A DNA stretch of 64,000 nucleotides from Glycera tridactyla (taxonomy: Eukaryota): NCBI GenBank assembly GCA_965644265.1, contig OZ286460.1:95604001-95668000 (forward strand). The letters are read 5' to 3'. Below the pieces are notes generated by a model that saw nothing but the letters and a program-made list of their open reading frames with translations, did not search any database and was not told where the DNA came from. This document shows positions 49,301-62,795 of this stretch, piece after piece (the stretch's first letter is position 1; every line of letters starts with the position of its first letter). The position numbers and the translations under genes are program-made.

Positions 49301-51749
49301 GATGTTGACGGATACAGAATGAATAATCATGGAATGAATGAATGGAATAATATGATTCTCTGCGAATCAATGAATCGATGGATGCATTAATCGATTAATG
49401 AATGAATGAATGAATATACGGATGAATCAATAGATTGATGAATCAACCAATCAATCAATCAACCAATCAGTGAATCAATGAATGAATGAGGAACTACGGA
49501 ACGAGTGAATGATTAAATCAAGTAATAGATAGATTGAATATGGAAGAGATAGTTGGAGGAAGAGACAAATAAGATAAATGGATAGGTGAATGAATGAATA
49601 ATTAGGTGGCATATCTTTGTAGATCTGTGAGTTCTTGAGCAATGGCGCAAAACGTTACTGGAACGACGAGCATGCTGTACCATATGCTGTGGATACCAAA
49701 GATGCCCAATGGTGGGGTTACGATGACGTGGAGAGCCTGACAGGCAAGGTAGGAATATGAAGCTGGAAATTCTGTGCAGATTGGTCATACTTCATTTGCA
49801 ACCATATTGAGATGTACCAATCACATCTCAAATCGCCCCTCTATTTCGATATGCCTCAAAAGTATCATTTTTTCCCTATGGATAGGAAAAACGATTATTT
49901 ATATATGCTGCATGTAACTCCTGTGGATCCCGTGATCCCGGCCATCCCCGTTAGTGTCAGACAGACTGGAATCTGAGTGAAATACTTCAGGGTTATCTTC
50001 TGTTCTCGCACTCTACTTAAAACCGTCCCTGAGGCATATCATCAGGCTCTATCAGAGTAGCTCTAGGAGGGATGACTCTATTCTTCCCTGCTCTTGATAG
50101 GTTGAATGGTTGAAGAAGGAAGGATTTGGTGGATGGATGACCTGGGCTATAGATCTTGACGACTTCTCTGGCGAATTCTGTGGTCAAGGAAAGTATCCTC
50201 TTCACCGTGCCCTGAAAGCTGCCGTAGATGGAGCCAAACCCCCACCACCCCAGTAAGTACATCCCTCGCATATCATTCACTTTGTTCACTCTCATTCTAT
50301 TGGAGTAGCCATGTGAGTCTCTATCCAATTTCCACAGGCATTCATAACAAACAAGAACTTGCCTCAGTCTTGGAATTTAGCCACTATCTTGAATCCCAGG
50401 GAGAGCGAATTTGATTTCGGGAGAAGGAGAGGAACGAACTCACTATCCCAATAGTGAGAGTGTGAGTCTTCTGCCCCCTTAAAAAACCTATTTCCGATCA
50501 GACTCCGCCTACACATGTGCAAGTATTAGCCTAAAGATGAATCATTGGTCAAAGTATGATTGGTGAGACGCAGTTCAATCATATATCAATGATGAGTTAT
50601 AATCATCATCTCAAACAGGCATTAATCACACAGATATCTTACCCCATATGAGCTCTCCCTTCACTGCACAGATTAGGAAGAGTGAATTCATTCTCATGTG
50701 AGTGATTCTCCCAGTGTGCACTCGCAATGGATGAGTGGCTGGGAAAGATTTTTGTAGAAAGATTGCTTCTGAAAATTCAGATACTTCCATTGAGATATTA
50801 CAATGTTCTCCCTGGCCAGGAAGATATCATTGTAAGGTCATTCATCCGACGCATACACCGTTATGTCCTAGAATAACGGGGACTGAGGACGTATTGTAGT
50901 GTATCTAATATACCATGGGAGCCGTCATCTCATTTCCCCAAGTATCCTCCTTTCAAACAAACCTCCTTTCAAACAAACCTCCTTTCAAACAAACCCTACT
51001 AGGAATTCTGTCAATCTGCGAATCTGTTTGAGGATACTGATAACATGTTCGTCTCTCATATACTCACAGGACAACCACCGAGGGAACAGGTGAGACCACA
51101 AAACACACTGGTCAGCCACCGAAGACGACGACCACACGGAAACCTGGTCCGACCCACCCACCAGGAACTTGCCCATACCCCGAAAATCTAGGTAAGTTGA
51201 ACCACCTGATTACCTTGTCGTTAACTGATAGCAAGTGTTTGTACGATGTATATTTTTTCGTAGCTAAAGTTTTCATGTATCGCGTCGTAGCATCGAACGT
51301 ATCTTAAATCGTTGCGAATCCTTCAAAAACCGCTTATAGATTAGGCCCTTGCACCCGTTTCAAACAAGTCTCCCAAGCCGTAGCTCGATATCATATATTG
51401 TGATAGATATCCGAAGGTTGGGAATTTTTCTGTCTCCGTACGCATGTTTCGTTCTGATGTTGATTTCCAACACCCTATATTGTGATAGGTGCATTACAAA
51501 AGGCCCATTTACATGTCCGTCCCCTCATACCGCATGACTTGATACTATCTAGTTACTCACACCTTATATTATCTGGTTCATTTGTTCACTTCTACAGAGG
51601 AAATGTGCGCTGAGCGAGGAGAAGGGAAGTTCTGTCACCCTCAATCGGCTTCTAAATGGGTGTGGTGTACAGAGCATGATATCTTCGAGTTCGACTGTCC
51701 TGCTGGAACCGTCTTCGATGAAAACCTCGAGGTTTGCGTCAGGGGCTAA
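43335..51749 (+). CDS. GH18 chitinase paralogue 3, intact, secreted, with Thr/Pro linker and C-terminal CBM14-like domain
   Basis: Exons 43335-43386, 43679-43865, 44624-44879, 46791-46915, 47622-47745, 49022-49207, 49623-49748, 50101-50252, 51070-51191 and 51598-51749, all GT-AG and in phase. Signal [16 protein letters not shown]; [12 protein letters not shown]; MAYDLHG; ends [17 protein letters not shown]. Confidence 0.94.
44350..44445 (-). mobile_element. tRNA-like SINE head (second family)
   Basis: Reverse strand GGTGGAGTAGCGGTAGGG ... GGTTCAAACCCC resembles A and B boxes, but no full cloverleaf is evident. Confidence 0.45.
44965..45070 (+). repeat. Interspersed repeat (SINE-like 3' end), copy 1
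   Basis: CCCATGCCCATCGCATGGGCGTCACAATATAGCCCAGATGGTGCTGACGTGACGTTAAACC recurs at about 55775-55835. Confidence 0.75.
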
Positions 51750-52642
51750 CTTCGAGTGGAATCCGTCACCAATGTCTTGCTCAAAGATGACATACATCTA
51801 AGACTTGTCCTGAAAAAAATAAGAAATAAAGACATGAGAATATGTGTGCGCTTATGTCCCTGTTGTTCGCTGTGAGGCGGGGTTTCACAGTTATGTCTTA
51901 TTGCTGTATCACAACATCAAATCATCTCTACATGGGCATCTCAATATAGCACTCACAGGCATTCAATTGGCATGAAATTAAGATCAAGTTTCTTAACTAA
52001 AATTGAAGACATCATGCAGAAAAATGGTGGCACGTTGTGCTTGTCCAATTCATACAAACAAATACGTATTCAGTTATGATTCAGAAGAGAATCTGGAGGT
52101 CACCGCCTGTGCATCCCTGGCATCGGTTATCGTGTTAAGCGGATCAAGAAAAGGGAAAGTAGATCAATTTGTTGGGAAAAGGAAAAGACTCGTACCTTAC
52201 TGCGTCGATTGTTTTAATTCAATTCAATTCAATTCAAAAAACATTATTCACACCTTATCATCAAGTGACATCGGTAGTAATAGGCAAATAAAGTATCTAC
52301 ATAAGCAATCAATATATATATATATACGATCACAGGAGCTTAACTGGTGTGGTAGTACCGGACACTCTATTCACTTATGTTCTACTAAGGTCTGAAACTA
52401 ATGTGTCGAATCTACACCAAATCAATAGCATGATCATCGACCACATACCCAATGTCTTTTCAGTAGTCGTTTGAACAAATCGAGTACTTACTCCATTCAC
52501 GTGAGATAATATTGAATTAGAGATAAAATTGAATTAGAGATAATATTGAATTAGAGATAATAATTTATTGGAGTAAGCATAATGACGACTGTCATATTAT
52601 ATGCTAACTAATAGCAAGGGTACAAAACACACACAAAATCTC

Positions 52643-52776
52643 AACTAGGAAACCAGAAACATACAATCTACCATGGCGATATCACATAAAACGTGGAGAT
52701 CACTCGTTATGTGTCTGCATATCCACGTCTTATGTGATATCGCCATGGTAGATTGTATGTTTCTGGTTTCCTAGTT
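52643..52776. repeat. Near-perfect hairpin (55-bp arms, 24-nt loop), MITE-like
   Basis: AACTAGGAAACCAGAAACATACAATCTACCATGGCGATATCACATAAAACGTGGA and its reverse complement with 1 mismatch. Confidence 0.92.
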
Positions 52777-52890
52777 ATCTGATTGAGAGCACACCATCCT
52801 TCTGTGGCATTTGAATGGTGAAGAACCAGAACAAAAAGGGTAGAAATATGTGATGAACCCGGATTGGATCATTCCAATATCAGTGACATT

Positions 52891-52974
52891 ATATCGGTGG
52901 CTCAGCGCAATACTAGCCAACTTACTATACATCAAGTAGGGAGTTAGCCTTGTATTGCGCTAAGCCAGCGATAT
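52891..52974. repeat. Short imperfect palindromic element
   Basis: ATATCGGTGGCTCAGCGCAATAC pairs with GTATTGCGCTAAGCCAGCGATAT (2 mismatches). Confidence 0.8.
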
Positions 52975-54177
52975 CATAGTAATCAAAGATCATAGTAATA
53001 TTGATACAGCAGAGAAAGTAATATGAGTCATTGTGGTATTATCAAATGATAATACGATAATGATAATAATGATAACAATATTAGCAGTAATAATCGTGGA
53101 ATCCAACAGTGTTTCAGAAAGCTGACGACAATCATTTGAGTGGTGAGGGTAATAGAAAGGATCGATGCAACCAATTATTTAATTATCAACACATATACTA
53201 GTCAAGTCGGTGGTTGCAACCAAGTTGACGGCAACACCATCAAGAATCAGTATTACCTCAGCTCCATATATCCAAGAGGCAAAGTTCCAGAATTTCTCAT
53301 TAAATTCTTGTCTATGCTATATTAGACTCATTTGGCCAAGTGACAGTCACTGGTGTGCACCTCTTGCAGATGTTGAATGGATGAATGAATGAATGAATGG
53401 ATAGATGTACGGAACAATTTCGTCGTTCTCATCCCCCATGGATACTCTAAGATGGTGCGGGAAGAATTATAATATGAATCACAACAGGCAAACATATCCA
53501 CGTATATGCAAAAACTAAAATAAAAGGGGGGAGGGAAATGTATCGCAATAGATGATGCAGAATTCAGAAGATTTCAGATCTTCATTTAGGACAGTTCAGA
53601 AGGATTTTAGTCGTGTTCAGCTCATCAAATGCGGGTTCAAAAAAAAGATATTCGTGGTAGTTGGGTATTGGAGCAAAGATGAGGGAAACCAGAGAAGAGA
53701 ATGTAGTATTTTTTGGAGTCAAGGGACATGAGAATTCAGAGGACATGCGAGGATGCATCATTTGATGGACCACCGTACCAATAATGACAGTAATTATGTC
53801 CTGAAGACAAACAAGTCGGACTTGAAAATACTCGAGACGGTTTCAGTAATTCACATTATGACGGGAGGTTTAGGTATTCGCGTCCTGGTAGTCAAATCTG
53901 CCTTTTGATATCTCGATCTCACATCTCGGATTGCTGACATTGAATTAGGTGCAGAATCTGGTAGTCGAACCTATGCACATGGAACCATAGATACAATTCT
54001 TTCAGAGAAACAACGGCAGTCCAACAACTTATGATTTCTCTCAGTGCCCTTTTTCGCTGGGACACCTCGAACATCAGGATATTACAATGCTGATCGTGAG
54101 TAGGTAAGACTTTCATCAACTTTTCATAGGTGGACACTCTACCTTACTGATCGCATCCATAGTTTGGACCATTCGTG

Positions 54178-55613
54178 TTCATGCTGCTGTTCTGTACACA
54201 TGCGCACACGCACATTATGGTGGGCTTATCAATGTTGCTGTTCTATACACAGGCGCACACGCACATTATGGTGGGCTTATCAATGTTGCTGTTCTGTACA
54301 CATGCGCACACGCACATTATGGTGAGCTTATCAATGTCATGTTCTATACACAGGCGCACTTGTACATTATGTTGGGCTTATCAATGTTGCTGTTCTGTAC
54401 ACATGAGCACACGCACATTGTGGTGGGCTTATCAATGTTGCTGTTCTATACACAGGCGCACATGTACATTATGGTGGACTCATCAAAATTGCTGTTCTGT
54501 ACACAAGCGCACACGCACATTATGGTGGGATTATCAATGTTGCTGTTCTATACACAGGCGCACATGTACATTATGTTGGGCTTATCAATGTTGCTGTTCT
54601 GCACACATGAGCACATGCATATTATGTTTGGCTTATCGATGTTGCTGTCCTATACACAGGCGCACACGCACATTATGGTGGGCTTATCAATGTTGCTGTT
54701 CTGTACACAGGCGCGCATACACACTTATGATGGGCTTATCAATGTTGCTGTTCTGTACACAGGCGCACATGCACATTATGGTGGACTCATCAATATTACT
54801 GTTCTGTACACAGGCGCATACACACATTATGGTGGGCTCATCAATGTTGCTGTTCTATACACAGGCGCACACACCCATTATGGTGGGCTTATCAATGTTG
54901 CTGTTCTGCACACAGGCGCACACGCACATTATGGTGGGCTTATCAAGGTTGCTGTTCTGTACACAGGCGCACATGCACATTATGGTTGACTCATCGATAT
55001 TACTGTTCTGTACACAGGCGCATACGCACATTATGATGGGCTTATCAATGTTGCTGTTCTGTACACAGGCGCACATGCACATTATGGTGGGCTTATCAAT
55101 GTTGCTGTTCTGTACACAGGCGCACATGCACATTATGGTGGGCTTATCAATGTCGCTGTTCTATACACAGGCGCATACGCACATTATGGTGGACTTATCA
55201 ATGTCGCTGTTCTATACACAGGCGCATACGCACATTATGGTGGGCTTATCAATGTTGCTGTTCTATACACAGGCCCATACGCACATTATGGTGGGCTTAT
55301 CAATGTCGCTGTTCTATTCACAGGCGCACAGGCACATTATGATGGGCTTATCAATGTTGCTGTTCTGTACACAGGTGCACACGCACATTATGATTGGCTC
55401 ATCAATGTTGCTGTTCTGTACACAGGTGCGAACCCACACCATGGTGGGCTTATCAATGTTGCTGTTCTGTACACAGGCGCACTCACACATTATGGTGGGC
55501 TTATCAATATTGCTGTTCTATACACAGGCGCACACGCACATTATGGTGGGCTTATCAATGTTGCTGTTCTGTACACAGGCGCACAAGCATATTTTGGTGG
55601 GCTTATCAATGTT
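54178..55613. repeat. 51-bp minisatellite, about 28 copies
   Basis: Unit ATGGTGGGCTTATCAATGTTGCTGTTCTGTACACAGGCGCACACGCACATT; gives the 17-aa period of ORF 54175..55650. Confidence 0.95.
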
Positions 55614-55749
55614 GATGATTAGCATCGTGTTCCTTAACCATATTCCTTGACTTCGCAGACCATTCTCTAAACAGGAAAGAATGGCAGTCCTGTTATGACA
55701 CCTTGAGTGTCTGTGAATTTCATAAATTTTCGCCTTCTGTTGTGGATCC

Positions 55750-55858
55750 AGAAGGAGGAGTCTTGAATGATCCCACCCATGCCCATTGCATGGGCGTCAC
55801 AATATAGCCCAGATGGAGCCGACGTGACGTTGAACCCCCAACAAAACAAACAAAAAGC
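55750..55858 (+). repeat. Interspersed repeat (SINE-like 3' end), copy 2
   Basis: Homologous to 44965-45070; ends in a CAAAACAAACAAAA tail. Confidence 0.75.
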
Positions 55859-56499
55859 AGTCCCGTTAGGACCAGAGCAGGATGCAACAGTATCCGATGC
55901 ATATAGTAGCACTTTTCTGTCATGAACACGTATTAGCTAAGTGATGTTACGCGCCATGAGTATGTCGATTACACATTCTCCCATGACAGAGCCATTCTCA
56001 GTGCGAGATAGGGGTGCACTCTTGACCTTAATCTCACACTGGGTGGTGGGACTACGGAAATGAATGCCATGTCGCAGGTGAATCATTGTCACGTCACAAT
56101 CACTGGATGAAACCAAGGTTACTGCCTATCATGACGTCATCAAGCGTCGGACAGGACGCTGAGATGAGAATGCCGGTCGTATGTGCGGGAATTCAAGGTT
56201 CGTTTCTTGCAGTCTTTTCGGTCCCAATCATTGATGATCATCGAAATACATCGAGAAATGTCATGCGAGAAAAGTAAGAACACATTGGCGTGTGAGATCC
56301 GCATTAAGGATTAGAAAGCACAAGGGCGATCTCACTCGCCAATGTGTTCTCACTATATTCTACCCCGGGAGGTCAGACAAGAAGGTATTGAAATGATTGG
56401 TGTAGAGCCGTGAAAGGGTGACAAAACGCAGAATGACGCCGGCATCATTTCGCATTTTGGCATCATTTCGCGTCTCTACATGGGAGATGACATGTCTTT

Positions 56500-56765
56500 T
56501 CATTTCCGATGGAAAGCGTGGCATACACTTTGTTTGTAAGGATGCCTGAAAACGTTCCAGCTGAATTCGCATTTCAAGAAGGTAGAAGACCATACAAGAG
56601 AGTGCGAAATCGTCAACCAGCAACTTGGATCAACACAATGTCGAAAGAATTGAAACAATATGATATCACAATAGCCGAGGCAGTCAACGTCCGGCAAGGT
56701 CCTTGCACTTTTGCACAATTGGTCCACAGCACGATAGCCCAAGGTCACCAGACCAATGCATAACT
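56500..56765 (+). mobile_element. Possible RTE-like LINE C-terminal remnant
   Basis: EGRRPYKRVRNRQPATWINTMSKEL resembles the G.R..GRP..TW tail of RTE-type RT ORFs. Confidence 0.45.
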
Positions 56766-57585
56766 TGCACGGAAAGAAGAGGCCAACTGGCAGAGGACGG
56801 CTCACATAATATCACAATGTACTACTCGTAGGTCAACAGTTTCAGGTTCATTATTCAATCATTCATAATAGTAAATCGGGCCTGATGGGTGCATCACAGC
56901 TAAATCGAGATTACATGCTTGATTCACACCTTGGTGTTCTACTCAATGTATGGAATTATGCATTCGACAAAAGAAATCCGATGCACTTGCAAATTATCAT
57001 ACACACATTCACATAACCTCAATTTCAATGACAATACGCTACATGGTGATCCAGAGTTGGACCTTCACAATGTCTTTATTGCGCAAGATGATGGAATGAG
57101 CAACATATCAGGTTGCATAATGGATACGATATCAGTGATTATAGAAAGATTGGGATGATTAGAGATTCAACCACCTCTTCTTCAATTCAGTTTTGAAACT
57201 ACTCACTGAAACTACTCTCTGATTCTGCCTCTCTGATATAATCTGGGAGAGAGTAACATGCTTTCACTCCCCGTACCCTCGGAATCCAACTAGCAAAGTA
57301 TGTGGTAACCATTGGTAAAAAGAGGCACCATGCTTAGTCTGCCTAGTATTTCGGTATTTGTTATGTATAACCTGCTTAGTCTGCCTAGTATTTCGGTATT
57401 TGTTATGTATCACCTATTCAATTGTCCTTTCTAGAAAGGCATCTCCTCGAAATAGAATGCGACCAACTTGCGGATGAGATAAAGGACTAGATTCGACATT
57501 CAATGACAATCTCGTATATGAAAGCCAAGAAAGTAATCTAGACCAGCCTGAAGGGAATTAATCTGTGATATTCTTTTCATCAATA

Positions 57586-57690
57586 TCATCTGCATATATA
57601 ATGCTGTACCATCTGCATATATAATGCTGTACCATCTGCATATATAATGCTGTACCATCTGCATATATAATGCCGTACCATCTGCATATG
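57586..57690. repeat. 23-bp tandem repeat, 4-5 copies
   Basis: CATCTGCATATATAATGCTGTAC repeated. Confidence 0.9.
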
Positions 57691-58091
57691 GGATCTGTCA
57701 AATTCAAATATGGCGGGTACGTTCCGCACCATAGCTTCGCCATTTTTCGTCTGATCTGAGTTGTTTTTAGCGAATGTATTGTATAGGTATTCCGGTGATT
57801 ATCGAACCTGGGTTCAGGTAGTCAGCATGCTCTCGAAGAGGATACGCTAGCAATTATTTGAATTTTTACAGCGGATCCGGTAGCATTATCGACGATCATT
57901 TGAATGTGAGTGCGAATCCAACGTGAGATCGACATATTTTGCGTTCTGGGGTGAAAACTAAAAAAAAGGAACCTCGCCAAGATTATATTTCTAGTCGTCG
58001 GAGATGTGAACCACATCTATGTGTGAGTCTCATTTAAATCTGATGTGGATTCGTGATACCAGGGCTAATAGGGTACCCACCACGATTGACC

Positions 58092-58400
58092 TTAAGTAGA
58101 TAACAGGACAAAATATCTTATGACATTGATCTCAATCTCGAACAGTAGAGGCCCTTGTATAGAGCCTGGAGGGACTCTATACAACATGGAGCGAGTATCA
58201 GAGCAGGTGTCATGAATGGACTGTAGATGATCAATTGAACATGATTCGAACCATCTGACCGCTCCATGATTGAGACCAACTGAGTAGAGTTGTCTTTCTC
58301 GAAAGAATGCCATAATCAACAGTATCGAATGCCTTTTTCAGATCCATGTAGAGCAGGCCAGTGGGACGCCCTGCATCGGAAGAACGATAAATATCATCCA
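58092..58400 (-). mobile_element. Degenerate LINE RT fragment
   Basis: LLYMDLKKAFDTVDY.IL..K and VPPGSIQGPLLF in two broken frames. Confidence 0.8.
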
Positions 58401-60353
58401 GTGATAGTGAGCTGCACATCCCGATGGAGCAGCGCATGCTAAATCCGAATTAGTGGTTCGATGATATATCATAAGTCGTCAAAAAAGAACACGGTTGTTG
58501 AAGAACTACCCTCACCAAGATTTTACAGAGGGTAGGCTGTATTGAGATGGGGTGGTACTTATTCCCACGTTCAAAGAGAACACAAACAATCACTAACCAT
58601 CAACCACCGGGGAGAAAACACTTGTCTGAATCGCGACATTTAATGGCCAGGCTATCACATATATCACTTGCACAGGGATAAATTTCAGTAAGTGGGATGT
58701 TCGTTTGTTTGTTTGTTTTGACACTTTATTTTCTTTCGTCGCAACAATTAAATGCATGCAAAACACATAACATTCATCTCCAGGTAGACGAAATGGGATA
58801 CGTATTCAATACTGAACATACGATTCGATGGGTAGGTGGTGGCGTGATATATACAGTATGGATGATTGTGAAGGCGCAGATGAATGTGACGAGGTGAGAT
58901 GAAGTGATGTAGGACCCGGTAACTATGACAACATTTCCGGTATTCCTGCTTTTCACCCTCCATCATTATAAACATTCGCTCAGTTATTCATACAGATGCA
59001 TACAATTATCTCATGTTGGGGCGACCAACATCAGTAGTATTGGTTATCTGAGAAATAGTAACAACAATGATATTACCAAATGATCTAATGACAATCAGTA
59101 TGCCTTACTAGGGGTGGTTTAGAATGAAAATTGAAGAATGAAAAATGTGAACTGAAAAATACGAATGAGAAATAGAGCCAAAGACATGATGTGAATTCCC
59201 CATGGCCTCCTACTAAGAAAACTGGTACCATTTCGGATATCTCACCATTTACAGCAGAGAAGTCAAAGCCAGGCGGGCGTTGTGTTATGGAACCATTCTG
59301 GCTGCGTTTATTATTTTTCATGGCGAGCATTTGCTGAGTGTGATAGGGAATAGGTACGTTTGTTAAGTAGGATGAGCAGGTTGATCAGATGCTTGTACGG
59401 CTTCTGTGCAGAACTTCTCTTTTCCCAGATTTGGGTGTTGGGGCCTCCTGTAATGATGTTGATTTCTCTCAGAAAATGAAAAATTTCAGCTACCTATTCG
59501 ATTTGAGGCATCTTCAAGATCTGGAAATTCCCATTCTTAAGTTTGTAGTCCTTCGAATAAGCATACTTCTGTGATGTTGAATAGTTACTATCATCACAGA
59601 TCTCTCTTTTTCGACCGTTATGTTGGAACATCTTTGGTATCTGATAAGGGGACTTGCATCCCCAAAACCATGGTGCATATCCTACTGCATTGGCTCATTG
59701 TGAGCAAAGAGCGGGGGGGGGGGGGGCATGCAATGGAAAACCTATGCTAAAATAGACATGACCTATTTTGTGGAAGGGGGGTTCTCTATATATCGGCATT
59801 TTCTTGGGTGGTCTCTTGTGATGTCACAGACGCTGGTGACGTCACAGCAGATTGATGCTTGGAAAGGATGCGTTTCTTTCAAATCATGGTTCCACCTTCC
59901 CATGTGTGGTTATAGCTCTCATGTACGCAGTATAAAAATAACAAAGATGATCATGATAATATTGATAATGATGATGATAACAATACAGAAAATAATCATC
60001 ATGATGATGATAATGATAATGATAATAATGATGATATTAATGTACGATTCGATATATTTTGTGTAAATATCCAAAGAATGTACACGTATGGCTCGTTGAT
60101 AAAAATACATATACATAGGAATAATCAATATCGTCCATGATGACTGGGTAATCATCGGCTAAACAAGCATATCGAATAATCATATTTGTCTTTATGAGAC
60201 ACCCGGACTGCACGCAGTGCACAATCTTTTTCCATCACTGTCATTGTTAAGAAGAGATCACTCGTGGATTTTGGTGAACATAAACTGATCAATCCGTTTT
60301 CGGAGTTGGTGCTGTGAATATCCAAACCATGGGAAAGCCGTTTTATCTACGAA

Positions 60354-60771
60354 AAAACGTTGATTTGCATGCAACATTTGGCCCAGCATCCAGAAAAAAC
60401 GTTGATCTGCATGCAACATTTGGCCCAGCATCCAGAAAAAACGTTGATTTGCATGCAACATTTGGCCCAGCATCCAGATAAAACGTTGATTCGCATGCAA
60501 CATTTGGCCCAGCATCCAGAAAAAACGTTGATTTGCATGCAACATCTGGCCCAGAATCCAGGAAAAACGTTGATTTGCATGCAACATTTGGCCCAGCATC
60601 CAGAAAAAAAAACGTTGATTTGCATGCAACATTTGGCCCAGCATCCAGAAAAAACGTTGATTTGCATGCAACATTTGGCCCAGCATCCAGAAAAAACGTT
60701 GATTTGCATGCAACGTTTGGCCCAGCATCCAGAAAAAACGTTGATTTGCATGCAACATTTGGCCCAGCATC
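60354..60771. repeat. 42-bp minisatellite, about 10 copies
   Basis: Unit GAAAAAACGTTGATTTGCATGCAACATTTGGCCCAGCATCCA, containing the palindromes TTGCATGCAA and AACGTT. Confidence 0.95.
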
Positions 60772-61915
60772 CTTCATCTGGAGAACTTGATGTGTCGAAC
60801 GTCAATGATGATGTAGGGCAATGTGATGTCAGGACTGGGATTTGAGGAATCTCCCAGACATGACTGCCATCATTCATGTTACAAAGGGACAGGAGTCTCA
60901 TTGGGGGGAAGTCGGCAATGGCAACAGGTGACATCATGACCGGGATAAAGGCAATCTCCGTTGTGATGACCACTGTCGTTGGGGTCCCAGCGCAACGGGC
61001 CCTCAGACATGCTCAACATGGGTTATCCATCTTAATTGATGGATTGATTGAATCACCCCATATATGGAGCTAGGTTGGTGGAAACGAGTACCACAATTCA
61101 CAGCAGTATATTTCAAGGGTGTTTTGATTAAAGTGTGATGTATGCCATTATGAGTAGGCTGGTGATGGAATAATACTATTTCAGTGATATTACAATGTTG
61201 CTGGGATGATCCCTGGCGATAGGTTCAGTGGTGATGATGGAATGAAATGAAATGATTCACGTACAATAATATGAATTCATTGAATCAAGCAGTCGAACAC
61301 TCAACCAATCAATCAATCCGCTAATCAACAAACCGGTCCATCAAATCAATCACGAAATATCATGCAGTTAGGCGACTTAGAATGATGTTATTCAACAGAA
61401 GAAAAAAGAACACCTATTGATTAATCAATGAATTAGTCAATCAAGCGATCAGACGATCAAACATTGGATCCATAGTATGAGCTTTTATTACTTGTTCATC
61501 GCTCTTCCGAATATTCTGTTCACCAGGAAGATTTGGATACATGCGATAAGGTGGCAATTTTATGAAACTGCATTGGAGATTTCTGCCATGAGCTTAATGT
61601 CAGTCATCCGCACGATTTTGACCCCCCTGCACGCGTGGTATTTGGCCCTGCCTTCAGTGACCTGCCACTCCTACATGTCGTGGGTGAACCATGTCACAGC
61701 TCAAATGTCAGGCACGATAATCAATAACAAGGGAAAGTATATAAACCAATGATTACGTCAGTTTGTACATCAGTCAGGTGCTGGTAGCCAAAAGGAACTC
61801 AAAGGTAAGTACAGCATCAATATTCTATCATGATTTTGATGGGTCTGGGATAGCCGCGTCCCCATCCTTGTAATACTATCAGCAATCAAATAGATGCATA
61901 GAATATACTACAATT

Positions 61916-62290
61916 ATAAACACAATCTAGTCTATAACCTGGGGTTCTTCTATACCCTATACTCGATATTCATCAGGATCCATATCCGGTTCCAATTCGA
62001 TCATGTACTTTGAACAATTTCACGAAAACAAAACATAAGTTTCACTATCCGTCCTGTAAGATTCAGAAAATCATTTATATAAGACGATCTTATTGCACCT
62101 TTCTATAAACACAATCTAGTCTATATCCTGCAGTTCCTCTATACCCTATACTAGATATTCATCAGGATCCATATCCCATTCCAGTTCGATCATGTACTTT
62201 GAACAATTTCACGAAAACAAAACATAAGTTTGACTATCTGTCCTGTAAGATCCAGATAATCATTTCTATAAGACGATCTTGTTGCACTTT
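61916..62290. repeat. 189-bp tandem duplication
   Basis: ATAAACACAATCTAGTCTATA... at 61916 and 62105. Confidence 0.9.
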
Positions 62291-62795
62291 TGGTTCCAGA
62301 TGATGACCATTTGACTTGAAAACCACTGACTTGGAGGATGCATTCTCCCTAACCTAACACCCACCTCATTGAATGGCAAATACATGCTTATTCATGAAAT
62401 AGGACCTTATTTTCTCACATTGAAATATATACACATTATTCGACTACACATCTGACATCATTGCTGCTTTTTCAGTCTTGTGTCTGTTACTTTTTTGAGA
62501 GCGCCAATCGTGTCCAGCAGTCAAGAGACTTCTGATACTGGTGTCAATTTCCCTAAGAAATGGATATCGATCAATTTTTTTTCGGTTTATCAAACAAGGG
62601 GGTCTAGTAACTAGTATTGGTATAGGGCAAAAAGTGCAGACCGTTGACTGAATCTGGTCCATGCGCCCCCCCTCCCCTATGACGGGTCTCGTTCCAAAGT
62701 AATGTATCAGGATGTCTATAGGGACGGTCACCAGGAGAATGATTCATGGATGTCATGAAGCCTGGTTTCAATATGTGTATGTTTATTTGTTACAG

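Noticed and set aside
60258-60973. Repeat proteins (MLGQMLHANQRFFW)n and others
   Set aside because: Open on both strands because of the 42-bp unit; no evidence of coding.
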